Positions 39,398 through 48,880 are shown, counted from the stretch's first letter. The stretch: DNA of 64,000 nucleotides from an uncultured Eubacteriales bacterium (GCA_934444695.1 CAKSDF010000001.1:1446-65445); one strand, 5' to 3'. Translations and numbers: made by a program. Notes: generated by a model not told the origin, from the sequence alone.

Positions 39398-39517
39398 AAA
39401 GGGTCCTCTCCTTGCTTAAGCTTTTGTGGCTGTTTTTTTGCTTTTGTTAAAATCCCGGCAAAGCTTTTTGTCAAAGGGGGATTTCCGTCCCTAAAAGGGG
39501 TTTCTTTTCGGGAAAAT

Positions 39518-40822
39518 TTATTCCTTCCCTTTTCTGACCAGCTTTTGAAAGAGAAAGCGGGAGGTATCCTCCACACGCTGCATGGCAATGTTGATTTCGC
39601 TGAAGGCGCGGCACATTTCGTCAAAACGCACCCTTTCCCTTTTGTGCTCGTCGCTTTTGAACCGTTCGGCCACATGCTCATACCGTTTTACCGCCTTTTC
39701 GACGGCATCGTCCCAGGAGATGTATATCTCGTCCATGGCGGTTTGGCCTAAAACCTTCAGTTTATCGCGATTGTCGCAGGCATAGGAAAGACATTTTGCC
39801 ATAGATTCGCCGTTTTCGTCGATCAAAAGGCCGGTTTTTCGGTCCTCGATGCCTTCCGAAGCGCAGCTGTCCTTAAGCAGAACGCTGGCCTTGCCGCAGG
39901 CTGCCGCTTCACGCACGACTATGCCGTTTGTGTCGAAAGAGGAAGGAAAAAGGAAAAGATCCGAAAGGGTGAAGTATCCGCGGATGGTCTCACGGTTATG
40001 TATGGCGCCGGTGAAAATGCATCGGTCGGAAATGCCCAAGGTTTTGGCGTAGGCCTCTATTTCCGGCCGCTCGACGCTGTCTCCCACAAAGATCATACGG
40101 AAGTCTTTTCCCTCTGCGGCAATTTCCTTTAATCCGTCGAGAATGATCCTTGCGCCTTTATACCACATCAGCCGTCCCACAAAGAGGAACACCGGGACAT
40201 CGGGCGAAAGATTATGCTTTGCCCGCAGCTCCTCCACAAGCTCATCGGAGGCAAGGCCCTTTGAAAGGTCAACGCCGTTTTCCATAACCACGTAGTCCCC
40301 TTCATATCCGAGACCGCGCAGATTTTCTCCGGCCCCCTTGCTCACCACCCACACCTCATCGCAGGCAGAAATGTTGTTTACAAGGAACTTTTTGGCGGTT
40401 TTGCGGAGGAAATTCATCTCCACCGCCTTGTTTATTTCGATGTCGAATTTTGTGTGGTAGGTGAAAACAATGGGAGCGTCGACCTCCTGCTGAACCATAC
40501 GTGCCAGAAAGGTTGAGGAAAAGGGACAATGGGTATGCAGCAGCACGGGATGCGACGATTTTATGGCATTTATGGCCTTTTTTCCGAAGGGATAGCCAAG
40601 GCGGTAGCCAAACCGCTTTGTTGTGTTTAAGCTTGAATACCGGATGACCGGAAAGTCGAAATTGCTGTCGTCGGCTCCGGGGTATGATGGTGTGGCCACC
40701 GTCACGTCGATGTCTTTGCCGGTCATATATTTTGCATAATTAACTACGGCGTTTTCCACCCCGTCGATAAGGGGCGGGAAAGAATCGTTTAAAAGACAAA
40801 CCGAGCCGTTTTTAAACATCAA
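39518..40822 (-). CDS. GT4-family glycosyltransferase
   Basis: 434 aa. N-terminus LLNDSFPPLIDGVENAV; C-terminal FPSSFDTNGIVVREAAACG (EX7E-like region). Confidence 0.75.
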   Translation of the reverse strand: MMFKNGSVCLLNDSFPPLIDGVENAVVNYAKYMTGKDIDVTVATPSYPGADDSNFDFPVIRYSSLNTTKRFGYRLGYPFGKKAINAIKSSHPVLLHTHCPFSSTFLARMVQQEVDAPIVFTYHTKFDIEINKAVEMNFLRKTAKKFLVNNISACDEVWVVSKGAGENLRGLGYEGDYVVMENGVDLSKGLASDELVEELRAKHNLSPDVPVFLFVGRLMWYKGARIILDGLKEIAAEGKDFRMIFVGDSVERPEIEAYAKTLGISDRCIFTGAIHNRETIRGYFTLSDLFLFPSSFDTNGIVVREAAACGKASVLLKDSCASEGIEDRKTGLLIDENGESMAKCLSYACDNRDKLKVLGQTAMDEIYISWDDAVEKAVKRYEHVAERFKSDEHKRERVRFDEMCRAFSEINIAMQRVEDTSRFLFQKLVRKGKE

Positions 40823-40862
40823 ATCACCTTATCTTAAATGATTAAACGATTATATGCGGAAA

Positions 40863-42134
40863 TTATCCGATAATGTCGGTGTTCATATACTTTCTAAGCA
40901 CCTCGGGAACGGTAACGGTACCGTCGGCGTTCTGATAGTTTTCAAGAATTGCGGCCACCGTTCTGCCAACGGCAAGGCCCGATCCGTTGAGGGTGTGTAC
41001 AAACTTGGCTTTATCACCGGCTCCGTCCTTATAGCGGATGGCGGCGCGGCGGGCCTGATAATCCTCGAAATTGGAGCAGCTGGAGATCTCGCAATAGCGG
41101 TTGTAGCTGGGCAGCCATACCTCGATGTCGTAGGTCATTGCCGAGGAAAATCCAAGATCTCCGGCCGACAGGCAGACAACACGATAGGGCAGTCCAAGCA
41201 TCTGAAGCAGCTTTTCGGCGTCGTTTGTAAGGGTTTCAAGCTCGTCGTAAGAATGCTCGGGCTTTACGAATTTAACAAGCTCGACCTTGTGGAACTGGTG
41301 CTGGCGAATAAGGCCTCTTGTGTCCCTTCCGGCAGAGCCTGCCTCGGCGCGGAAACAGGCCGAGAATGCGCAATATTTAAGGGGAAGCTTGCTGCCGTCG
41401 AGAATGTCGTCACGATACATATTCGTTACCGGAACCTCGGCGGTGGGGATAAGGAACTCGTCCGAGCCGTGGATGCGATAGGCATCCTCCTCAAACTTGG
41501 GAAGCTGGCCGGTGCCGGTCATGGATGCGCGGTTGACGAGATAGGGCGGGATGATCTCCTCATAGCCGTTGTCGGCGTGGGTGTCCATAAAGAAGCAGAA
41601 AACGGCGCGCTCAAGACGTGCGCCCAGTCCTCTGTAAAAATGGAAGCGCGCGCCCGATACCTTGGCTGCGGTTTCGGGATCGAGAATGCCCAGATCCTTG
41701 CCCAGATCCCAGTGAGCCTTGGCTTCAAAATCAAACTTTCTCGGCTCGCCCCAACGGCGCAGTTCGCGGTTTTCCTTGTCGTCCTCACCGTCGGGAATGG
41801 TGGGGTTGGGCATATTGGGAATGGAAAGAAGGATGTTTCTCTGCTTTTCGGTCAGCTCGGAAATCTCCTTGTCGCATTCCTTAACATCGTCGGAAAGGGT
41901 CTTCATGCGGGCCATAATCTCCGAAAGATCGCCGCCCTCCTTTTTGATGCGGGGGATTTCCTTTGATGCGGCGTTTTGCTCGGCCTTGAATTTATCGGCC
42001 TTACTGCTGATTACACGGCGCTGCTCGTCGATTTTAAGCAGCTCGTCGATGGCGGCGGAATAATCTCCGTTGCGGCGGTTGACGGCCGCTTTGACCGCCT
42101 CGGGATTTTGTCTTATAAGTTTAATATCTAACAT
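40863..42134 (-). CDS. serS: Seryl-tRNA synthetase
   Basis: 423 aa. N-terminal coiled-coil arm ([12 protein letters not shown]...) and class II motifs ([29 protein letters not shown]). Confidence 0.95.
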   Translation of the reverse strand: MLDIKLIRQNPEAVKAAVNRRNGDYSAAIDELLKIDEQRRVISSKADKFKAEQNAASKEIPRIKKEGGDLSEIMARMKTLSDDVKECDKEISELTEKQRNILLSIPNMPNPTIPDGEDDKENRELRRWGEPRKFDFEAKAHWDLGKDLGILDPETAAKVSGARFHFYRGLGARLERAVFCFFMDTHADNGYEEIIPPYLVNRASMTGTGQLPKFEEDAYRIHGSDEFLIPTAEVPVTNMYRDDILDGSKLPLKYCAFSACFRAEAGSAGRDTRGLIRQHQFHKVELVKFVKPEHSYDELETLTNDAEKLLQMLGLPYRVVCLSAGDLGFSSAMTYDIEVWLPSYNRYCEISSCSNFEDYQARRAAIRYKDGAGDKAKFVHTLNGSGLAVGRTVAAILENYQNADGTVTVPEVLRKYMNTDIIG

Positions 42135-42149
42135 AAATTACCAACCTTT

Positions 42150-42995
42150 CTATTCTCCCAGCTTGTTTGCCAGATCCTTTAATTCGTTGACGTTGTAAAA
42201 TTCTATTTGAAGTGTGCCCTTACCCTTGTTGGCCAGCACCTTTACCCTACGGCCGAGGTTTTCCGAAAGCGAAAGCTCAACCTCGTCGTAAATGCTGGGG
42301 CGGGAACGCAGTTTCGCCATTTTTTTACGTTTATCGGCTTCGTTTGCGTTTTTGGCCATATCCTCGATGGTGCGGACGTTTGCGCCGGTGGATGCAGCCT
42401 TTGCCGCCTTGCGAAGTGCGCGTTTATCGGTAAAGGCAAGCAATGCACGGCCATGGCTGGCCGAAATGATGCCGGTTTTCATCAGCTCGAGAATGTCGTC
42501 GGGAAGCTCGAGCAGACGGATGGAATTGGCCACCGCCGAACGGGATTTGCCCATTCGCTCGGAAACCTCCTCCTGAGTCAGGCCGAAGTCGTCCATAAGG
42601 CTTTTATATCCGGCCGCCTCTTCAACCGGATTAAGATCCTCTCTCTGGAGGTTTTCCACAAGGGCTATTTCGGCCGTTTGGGAATTGCTCAGCTCCTTTA
42701 TGACCACCGGAACGGTGGAAAGGCCGGCAATGCGGGAGGCCCGCCAACGACGCTCACCTGCCACAAGCTGATAGCGGTCGCCCTTTACCGGACGCACCAC
42801 AAGGGGCTGAAGCAGGCCGTATCTTTTGATGCTGTCGGCCAGCTCCTCAAGAGCCTCCTGATCGAAGTCTTTACGGGGCTGATCCCGGTTAGGTTCGATA
42901 TCCATAATGGAAATTTCGGCGGGAGAATTGGGTTCTGTGGTGTTTTCGGCAAAAAGCGAGCCGAGACCTTTATTGAGTCCGCCTTTCTTGGCCAT
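42150..42995 (-). CDS. parB: Chromosome partitioning protein ParB/Spo0J
   Basis: 281 aa. LGKGLGSLF-like N-terminus, the ParB box GERRWRA, and the HTH region LTQEEVSERMGKSRSAVANSIRLL. Confidence 0.9.
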   Translation of the reverse strand: MAKKGGLNKGLGSLFAENTTEPNSPAEISIMDIEPNRDQPRKDFDQEALEELADSIKRYGLLQPLVVRPVKGDRYQLVAGERRWRASRIAGLSTVPVVIKELSNSQTAEIALVENLQREDLNPVEEAAGYKSLMDDFGLTQEEVSERMGKSRSAVANSIRLLELPDDILELMKTGIISASHGRALLAFTDKRALRKAAKAASTGANVRTIEDMAKNANEADKRKKMAKLRSRPSIYDEVELSLSENLGRRVKVLANKGKGTLQIEFYNVNELKDLANKLGE

Positions 42996-43078
42996 TTAAC
43001 TCATCCTTTCTTTTTTGAACATAAATATGTATGAAGATTGCTGCCGATAATGGGGGCGTTTATAATGCTTAGAAAAAA

Positions 43079-43310
43079 TGTTTCACGTGAAACATTTTTA
43101 AAAACATATCGCCCGAAGGCCTTTATTTCAAGGGCGTGCAGCCTTTTGAAACGGGTGGATTTAAGCCTGTTCGGCGTCCGGTTTAAACGATCGGATGGGC
43201 AGCAAAATCAATTGAATCCGTTTTGGGAAATAAATTGTTTCACGTGAAACAATTTTTAAGATAAAATGGGATGACGCGGAATTTAACAACAAAATGTTTC
43301 ACGTGAAACA
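43079..43310. promoter_or_regulatory. parS: Three perfect parS sites in the parB-parA spacer (43079-43094, 43236-43251, 43295-43310)
   Basis: Each is an exact TGTTTCACGTGAAACA. The last two are 59 bp apart. Confidence 0.85.
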
Positions 43311-43320
43311 TTTTTTCGCT

Positions 43321-44088
43321 TTATTTTTTGTTGCGCTTTAAAAGCTCCTTTGAAAGCTCGCTGTATGCTCTGGCGCCCTTGGAGGATTTATCGTAGTACA
43401 TTATGGGCAGGCCGTAGCTGGGGGCTTCGGAAATTCTGACCGCACGGGGAATGGCGGTTTTAAAGAGCTTTTTGGGGAAGAACTTTTTGACCTCCGAAAC
43501 CACCTGACGGGTAAGGTTGAGGCGGTTGTCGTACATGGTCAGCACGATTCCCTCAATTTCAAGAGAGGGGTTGTAAAGCCGCTTTATCTGCTTTGTTGAC
43601 GATACAAGCTGAGAAAGTCCTTCGAGAGCGTAATATTCGCACTGAATGGGGACGATCATGGTGTCGGCGGCGCAAAGGCAGTTTATTGTAATGAGGCCGA
43701 GGGAGGGCGGACAATCGATGAAGATGTAGCTGTATTTGTCGACGATGGGAGCAAGCGAGCGTCGAAGGCGGGAATCCCGCTGTTCCATAGCGCAAAGCTC
43801 GATTTCGGCGCCTGCAAGATCAATGCTGGAGGGAATGATGTCCACTCCCTGAAATTTTGTGTGAACTATGGCCTTTTTAACCGGCTCGGAGCCTATCAAA
43901 AGGTCATAACTGCTTACTTTAACATCTCTTTTGTCGATTCCGTAGCCGCTGGTGGCGTTTCCCTGAGGATCAAGGTCCACAAGAAGCACCTTTTTGCCCA
44001 GCTTTCCCACTCCCGCCGCAAGGTTGACCGCCGTTGTGGTTTTTCCGACGCCTCCCTTTTGGTTGGCAATGGCAATGGTTTTAGACAA
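43321..44088 (-). CDS. parA: Chromosome partitioning ATPase ParA/Soj
   Basis: The ORF extends to a GTG at 44097. I prefer the TTG at 44088, 6 nt after GAGGTG, which gives MSKTIAIANQKGGVGKTT (deviant Walker A). Confidence 0.9.
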   Translation of the reverse strand: MSKTIAIANQKGGVGKTTTAVNLAAGVGKLGKKVLLVDLDPQGNATSGYGIDKRDVKVSSYDLLIGSEPVKKAIVHTKFQGVDIIPSSIDLAGAEIELCAMEQRDSRLRRSLAPIVDKYSYIFIDCPPSLGLITINCLCAADTMIVPIQCEYYALEGLSQLVSSTKQIKRLYNPSLEIEGIVLTMYDNRLNLTRQVVSEVKKFFPKKLFKTAIPRAVRISEAPSYGLPIMYYDKSSKGARAYSELSKELLKRNKK

Positions 44089-44272
44089 GCATAACACCTC
44101 TTATTTGTCTGAAAATGCAGATTTGTGTGCATCCTGCGCCGCAGCAAGCGGGTTTTGGAACGCATCTTTTTAAATCATATTATATAATCATATTATATAT
44201 TGTAAGTATATCACAATGTCGGACAAAATAAAAGGGGTTTTTATCCGTTAGGGCATATTTTTTGCTGCAAAT

Positions 44273-44409
44273 TGTTTCACGTGAAACAATTTGCAGTCCA
44301 AAAAAGAAAACAGCCCGGTTTTCCGCAAAAAAATGTTTCACGTGAAACAATTATTGCGGTCAAATAGATCGCGGTAAAAAATATCCGAAGAAATGTTTCA
44401 CGTGAAACA
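44273..44409. promoter_or_regulatory. parS: parS triplet (44273-44288, 44334-44349, 44394-44409)
   Basis: Exact 16-mers with 61- and 60-bp spacing. Confidence 0.85.
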
Positions 44410-44644
44410 TTCCGAAGGTCAATATGGTTTGCGGGATTTTCGACTGCCGTGTTATTTGATGAGGCAGCGAAGCATTAATATTGCACATATTTCTGTTGCG
44501 ATATATATTTTGGCAGAGGCGTATGGTATACAATACGGTTACATCTCGATTATATCAGTCGTCCGCAAAAGCCAAATATATAGGCTTGCAAAGTGATTAA
44601 ACAATGCGCTGCATCTGATCGGCAAAGAAATATAGCTAATAAAT

Positions 44645-44721
44645 TGTTTCACGTGAAACAATTATTGTTGTCAAAAGCGATGCGGCTTGAATTTTCCGAA
44701 AAAAATGTTTCACGTGAAACA
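44645..44721. promoter_or_regulatory. parS: parS doublet (44645-44660, 44706-44721)
   Basis: Exact 16-mers with 61-bp spacing. Confidence 0.85.
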
Positions 44722-44953
44722 TTTTATAAATACATTATAAATGCAATGCTCTATCGGCTTTGTTGCAAAGACCGACTGCTGCCTTGTGGGACGTGGTACA
44801 CAGGCGGTGAGGTGGCAATTGTGCCTTGTAAAGCGCAGCGAAATATGCTACAATAATGAAGAAAAAACATATGGCACTTTCGGAATAAATGGTCAATCTA
44901 TCTATGGCGAGGCAGCGCCTGCGCTCCGATATGTGCAAAGACGGATTAAAAAT

Positions 44954-45091
44954 TGTTTCACGTGAAACAATTTTAACCCACAAATCGAATGCATCCCGGA
45001 ATTTTCGCAAAATAATGTTTCACGTGAAACAATTATGACCGAAAAACAATAATCCGGGGAAAAACAAAGAAAAAATGTTTCACGTGAAACA
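44954..45091. promoter_or_regulatory. parS: parS triplet (44954-44969, 45016-45031, 45076-45091)
   Basis: Exact 16-mers with 62- and 60-bp spacing. The last site ends 14 nt before the next CDS. Confidence 0.85.
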
Positions 45092-45105
45092 TTGGCGGTG
45101 AAAAA

Positions 45106-46338
45106 ATGAAGGAAAGATACGATTTAATCATAGTGGGCGGCGGTGCGGCAGGACTGTTTGCGGCTGCATATATCAGCGACAAAGCTCCCGAGTTGTCGGT
45201 TTTGGTTCTTGAGGGCAACGACAGGGTGGGCAAAAAGCTGCTGACCACCGGCAACGGACGGTGCAACATCTCAAACGCCTCCAATTTGGAAGGGAAGTAT
45301 CACGGCGGGGTTGATTTTGCACGGGATGTCTTTAAAGGCTTTACACGGGAAGAAACGCTGGAATTTTTCAAAAAAATCGGCATACCGACGGTTGAAGAGG
45401 AACAGGGGAAGCTTTTCCCCATGTCCCTCCAGGCGGGATCGGTGGTGGATGCCCTGCGATTCAAGGCCGATGAGAGTGCCGACATAATCTGCGGGGGACG
45501 TGTTTCGGCCATATCCTATGATAAAGACATCTTTGTAACAAGCGATAAGGGTGTTTTTTGCTGCAGCAACGTGCTTGTGGCCTGTGGAGGCAGAGCGGCG
45601 GCCAATACCGGCTCCGACGGCAGCGGTTATGAGCTTTTAGAGGCCTTCGGACATCGCTGCAATCGGTCATTTCCTGCCATAGTTCAGCTTATAACCGACA
45701 CCAAAAAGACCAAGCCCCTTGCCGGAATCAAGTGGATCTGCAAGGTCACCGCAAGGGCAGGCAATCAAAAGCGTGATGAAAAGGGTGAGGTGCTTTTTAC
45801 CGATTACGGTCTTTCGGGGCCTCCCGTTCTTCAGATTTCCAGGCTGATATCCATGCGGGGCAAGGGAGAAATATCCCTCGACCTCTTTGACGGGACCGAC
45901 AAACAGGATATTTTCGGCGAAATCTCCCGAAGAAGGGCGGAATTTGCCGACAGAGAGTGTATGGAGCTGCTGACCGGCCTCATAAACAAGCGGCTTGGCC
46001 AGACGGCCGTTAAATCGGCGGGAATATCCCTTTCGAGAAAATGCGGCTCGCTGACCGATGCCGAAATCGATCGAATTGCCGAAACCCTTAAGAATTTTAC
46101 CCTTACGGCCATCGGGACAAAGGGCTGGAATATGGCTCAGGTTACGGCAGGAGGAATCGATCCATTCGATTTTTATTCCGACAGTATGGAATCCCGCCTT
46201 TACGAGGGAATTTATGCCGCCGGAGAGATACTGGATATCGACGGAGACTGCGGCGGATATAATCTTCAATGGGCATGGTCGACGGCGGGACTTGCCGCCC
46301 GGGCGGTCATTAAAAAGGTGAGAGAAAACAATGCTTAA
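45106..46338 (+). CDS. HI0933/YhiN-family FAD-dependent flavoprotein (BaiN-like / aminoacetone-oxidase family)
   Basis: YDLIIVGGGAAGLFAA and GKKLLTTGNGRCNISN, with a C-terminal GGYNLQWAWSTG motif. Confidence 0.8.
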   Translation: MKERYDLIIVGGGAAGLFAAAYISDKAPELSVLVLEGNDRVGKKLLTTGNGRCNISNASNLEGKYHGGVDFARDVFKGFTREETLEFFKKIGIPTVEEEQGKLFPMSLQAGSVVDALRFKADESADIICGGRVSAISYDKDIFVTSDKGVFCCSNVLVACGGRAAANTGSDGSGYELLEAFGHRCNRSFPAIVQLITDTKKTKPLAGIKWICKVTARAGNQKRDEKGEVLFTDYGLSGPPVLQISRLISMRGKGEISLDLFDGTDKQDIFGEISRRRAEFADRECMELLTGLINKRLGQTAVKSAGISLSRKCGSLTDAEIDRIAETLKNFTLTAIGTKGWNMAQVTAGGIDPFDFYSDSMESRLYEGIYAAGEILDIDGDCGGYNLQWAWSTAGLAARAVIKKVRENNA

Positions 46339-47938
46339 AATAACCGGAGTAAAAATTCCCACAACGGCAGATTTTTCGCAGCCGAGCAAACTGGTGGCCG
46401 ATATTTTCGGCATCAAGGGAAATGCTGTAAACAGCGCAAGCCTTGTCCGCCGTTCTCTCGATGCGCGCAAAAAGAACGACATACATTATGTCTGTTGCTT
46501 TGAATTTGAAATCGCGGGCGATGAGAGGGCATTTATCAAAAAATACGGCTCAAAAAAATCGGTCATTACAGCCGATAGCAAGAATGAAAACGATGCATTA
46601 CACGACAAAAATATTTCTATCGGCTGTAAAGGCAAGGTTTACATAATCGGAAGCGGACCGGCAGGCCTCTTTGCCGCATTAACACTGGGGAAAGCGGGGT
46701 TTTGCCCCATTATTTTAGAACGGGGCGAAAATGTTGAAAATCGTGTTGAAACCGTTAACAATTTATGGAACAATGGCGTTTTTTGTCCTGAATCTAACAT
46801 TCAGTTCGGTGAAGGGGGCGCCGGCACCTTTTCGGACGGAAAATTAAATTCCGGCATAAAGGACAGACGCTGCCGTGAGGTTTTAAAAATATTTTCGGAA
46901 AACGGCGGCGGTGATGACATTCTTTATGAGGCCAAGCCCCACATTGGAAGCGACCGTCTTTTTCATACCGTCAGAAACATAAGAAAGCAGATTGAGAATT
47001 TCGGCGAGGTCAGGTTCCGCCACAAGCTGACCGACATCATTGTCGAGCAGGGCGCCCTGCGTGCCATAAAGGTCGAGACCGAAAAGGGTGAACACACCAT
47101 AGACTGCGACCGCCTTGTACTTGCGGTGGGACACAGCGCCCGTGATACCTTTGAAATGTTAAAATTCCGCGGTCTTTCAATCGAGCCTAAGCCCTTTGCT
47201 ATGGGGGTGCGGATTGAGCATCCTCAGGAACTGATAAACAAGGGGCAGTACGGCGACCATTACGATAAAAAGCACCTGCCCCCCGCTGATTATAAGCTTT
47301 CTACCCACCTGAAAAACGGGCGAGGAGTTTTCAGCTTTTGTATGTGTCCCGGCGGGCAGGTGGTGGCTGCAGGATCGGAGATCGGCGGCGTTTGCACCAA
47401 CGGAATGAGCCTTTCGGCCAGGGACGGCGAAAACGCCAACAGTGCACTGCTTGTGGGCATTTCTCCTGCCGATTTCGGCAAAAGCGGTGATGTGCTTGCG
47501 GGAATGTATCTTCAGCGAAAGATCGAGCAGGCAGCCTTTAAAGCAGCGGGAAGCAATTATTTTGCACCGGTGCAGCGGGTGGGCGATGCCCTTAAAAACC
47601 GCCCGTCCGAGGTGCTTGGCAGCGTTAGACCTACCTATCTTCCGGGGGTCAGTCTTGTACCCATATGGGACTATCTCCCGAAATTTATGGCCGATTCGAT
47701 AATCGAGGCGCTGCCGATTTTTGCAAATAAAATCAAGGGATTTGATATGCCGGATGCCTTGCTTACAGGACCGGAGGCTCGTTCCTCCAGTCCCGTAAGA
47801 CTTTTGAGAAACGACCGGGGCATTGCAAATATCGGCGGGATCTACCCTTGCGGAGAGGGCGCAGGATATGCCGGCGGAATAATGTCGGCGGCGGTGGACG
47901 GAATTAAAACGGCCGAAAAAATAATTGAAAACGCCTGA
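46331..47938 (+). CDS. Uncharacterised FAD-dependent dehydrogenase (COG2509-like)
   Basis: 535 aa. VYIIGSGPAGLFAA dinucleotide motif and C-terminal GEGAGYAGGIMSAAVDG. Overlaps the previous CDS by 8 nt. Confidence 0.7.
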   Translation: MLKITGVKIPTTADFSQPSKLVADIFGIKGNAVNSASLVRRSLDARKKNDIHYVCCFEFEIAGDERAFIKKYGSKKSVITADSKNENDALHDKNISIGCKGKVYIIGSGPAGLFAALTLGKAGFCPIILERGENVENRVETVNNLWNNGVFCPESNIQFGEGGAGTFSDGKLNSGIKDRRCREVLKIFSENGGGDDILYEAKPHIGSDRLFHTVRNIRKQIENFGEVRFRHKLTDIIVEQGALRAIKVETEKGEHTIDCDRLVLAVGHSARDTFEMLKFRGLSIEPKPFAMGVRIEHPQELINKGQYGDHYDKKHLPPADYKLSTHLKNGRGVFSFCMCPGGQVVAAGSEIGGVCTNGMSLSARDGENANSALLVGISPADFGKSGDVLAGMYLQRKIEQAAFKAAGSNYFAPVQRVGDALKNRPSEVLGSVRPTYLPGVSLVPIWDYLPKFMADSIIEALPIFANKIKGFDMPDALLTGPEARSSSPVRLLRNDRGIANIGGIYPCGEGAGYAGGIMSAAVDGIKTAEKIIENA

Positions 47939-48159
47939 TAGCTATAAAATCAGTGGATTGGAAGTGTTAAAGGGGTCGGCCGGATGTTATATGCAGCGGG
48001 ATTGACAGCGGCAGATAATCGCAATTCGCACTGTGCCGTTCCGGCTGAACTGCTGCATATTATTGCTGCGCTGCATAATGCCGCAGCGGTTTGCTATCAT
48101 ATATATTATGGCCGCCATGCCGGCGACGGTTGGACAAATTGCCTGAAAGGAGCCTTTAA

Positions 48160-48594
48160 ATGAGCAAACAAAACAATTTGAAACCTCTGTCCGAGCAGGA
48201 TGTAATATCCGTTTGCAAGGAGCTTTTCGGTGGGCAGGCTGTTATCGACAACCCCTTTTCCACCACTGATGCCACGGTTTTGCGCCATCGGCAGAGCCGC
48301 AAATGGTTTGGGTTGCTGATGAATGTGCCTCTAAAAAAGCTGGAAGGGCGCGATAACGGCCTCAAAGGGCAAGAATCGGGAGAAAAAGCGCAAAACAGCC
48401 CTACGGCCTCGATTCTAAATTTAAAGGCCGATCCTCTGCTCGAGAGGGATGGCAGGGTTGTTCTTCCCGCCTATCATATGAGCAAAAAGCATTGGATTTC
48501 TGTGGTGCTCGGGAGGGTCGAAAGGAATCAGCTTGAGTATCTGCTTTGCCAAAGCTTTGAGCTGACAAAGGCAAAATCTAAAAGGCAGATGTGA
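48160..48594 (+). CDS. MmcQ/YjbR-family protein
   Basis: 144 aa. RKWFGLLMNV...PAYHMSKKHWISVVL is the characteristic YjbR pattern. Confidence 0.7.
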   Translation: MSKQNNLKPLSEQDVISVCKELFGGQAVIDNPFSTTDATVLRHRQSRKWFGLLMNVPLKKLEGRDNGLKGQESGEKAQNSPTASILNLKADPLLERDGRVVLPAYHMSKKHWISVVLGRVERNQLEYLLCQSFELTKAKSKRQM

Positions 48595-48787
48595 TGGGAA
48601 AAGCGGTTTTGTCCGTTAATCCCGGCATACGTTTTGCCGATCCGATAAACATAACTGTTCTGAATTACGATGCTGATACCTTAAACCCGACGGTTTATCC
48701 GTCGGTTATTTTTTTGCAGAAACTGATTTTTCGCTATAGCCTAAGTCCCTTGTTTTATGCGGGTTTCAGCAATTTTAAAATCAAAAA

Positions 48788-48880
48788 TGTTTCACGTGAA
48801 ACATTTTTTAAAGCGTTTTTGGAGAAGCAGCCGATACCGCCGAAATTGTAAAAACCATAATAATTGTTTCACGTGAAACA
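48788..48880. promoter_or_regulatory. parS: Two perfect parS sites (48788-48803, 48865-48880)
   Basis: Exact 16-mers with 77-bp spacing, intergenic. Confidence 0.85.

Noticed and set aside
44393-45010. Small ORFs inside the parS array (44393..44596, 44593..44856, 44741..44965, 44735..45010 minus).
   Set aside because: They overlap each other and the parS sites. They lack RBS-like sequences and give peptides with no recognisable features.
44273-45091. CRISPR-like appearance of the region: identical short repeats separated by 44-46-nt spacers.
   Set aside because: The repeat is only 16 bp, is a perfect palindrome identical to parS, and occurs singly elsewhere. The spacers resemble one another rather than being unique. 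There is no leader and no cas genes in the window.
47939-48159. Inverted repeats (ATATGCAGC...GCTGCATAT and CTGCG...CGCAG) upstream of the yjbR-like gene, considered as a possible riboswitch.
   Set aside because: I recognise no known riboswitch core. The structure is equally consistent with a terminator or attenuator for the upstream flavoprotein operon. The evidence is insufficient.
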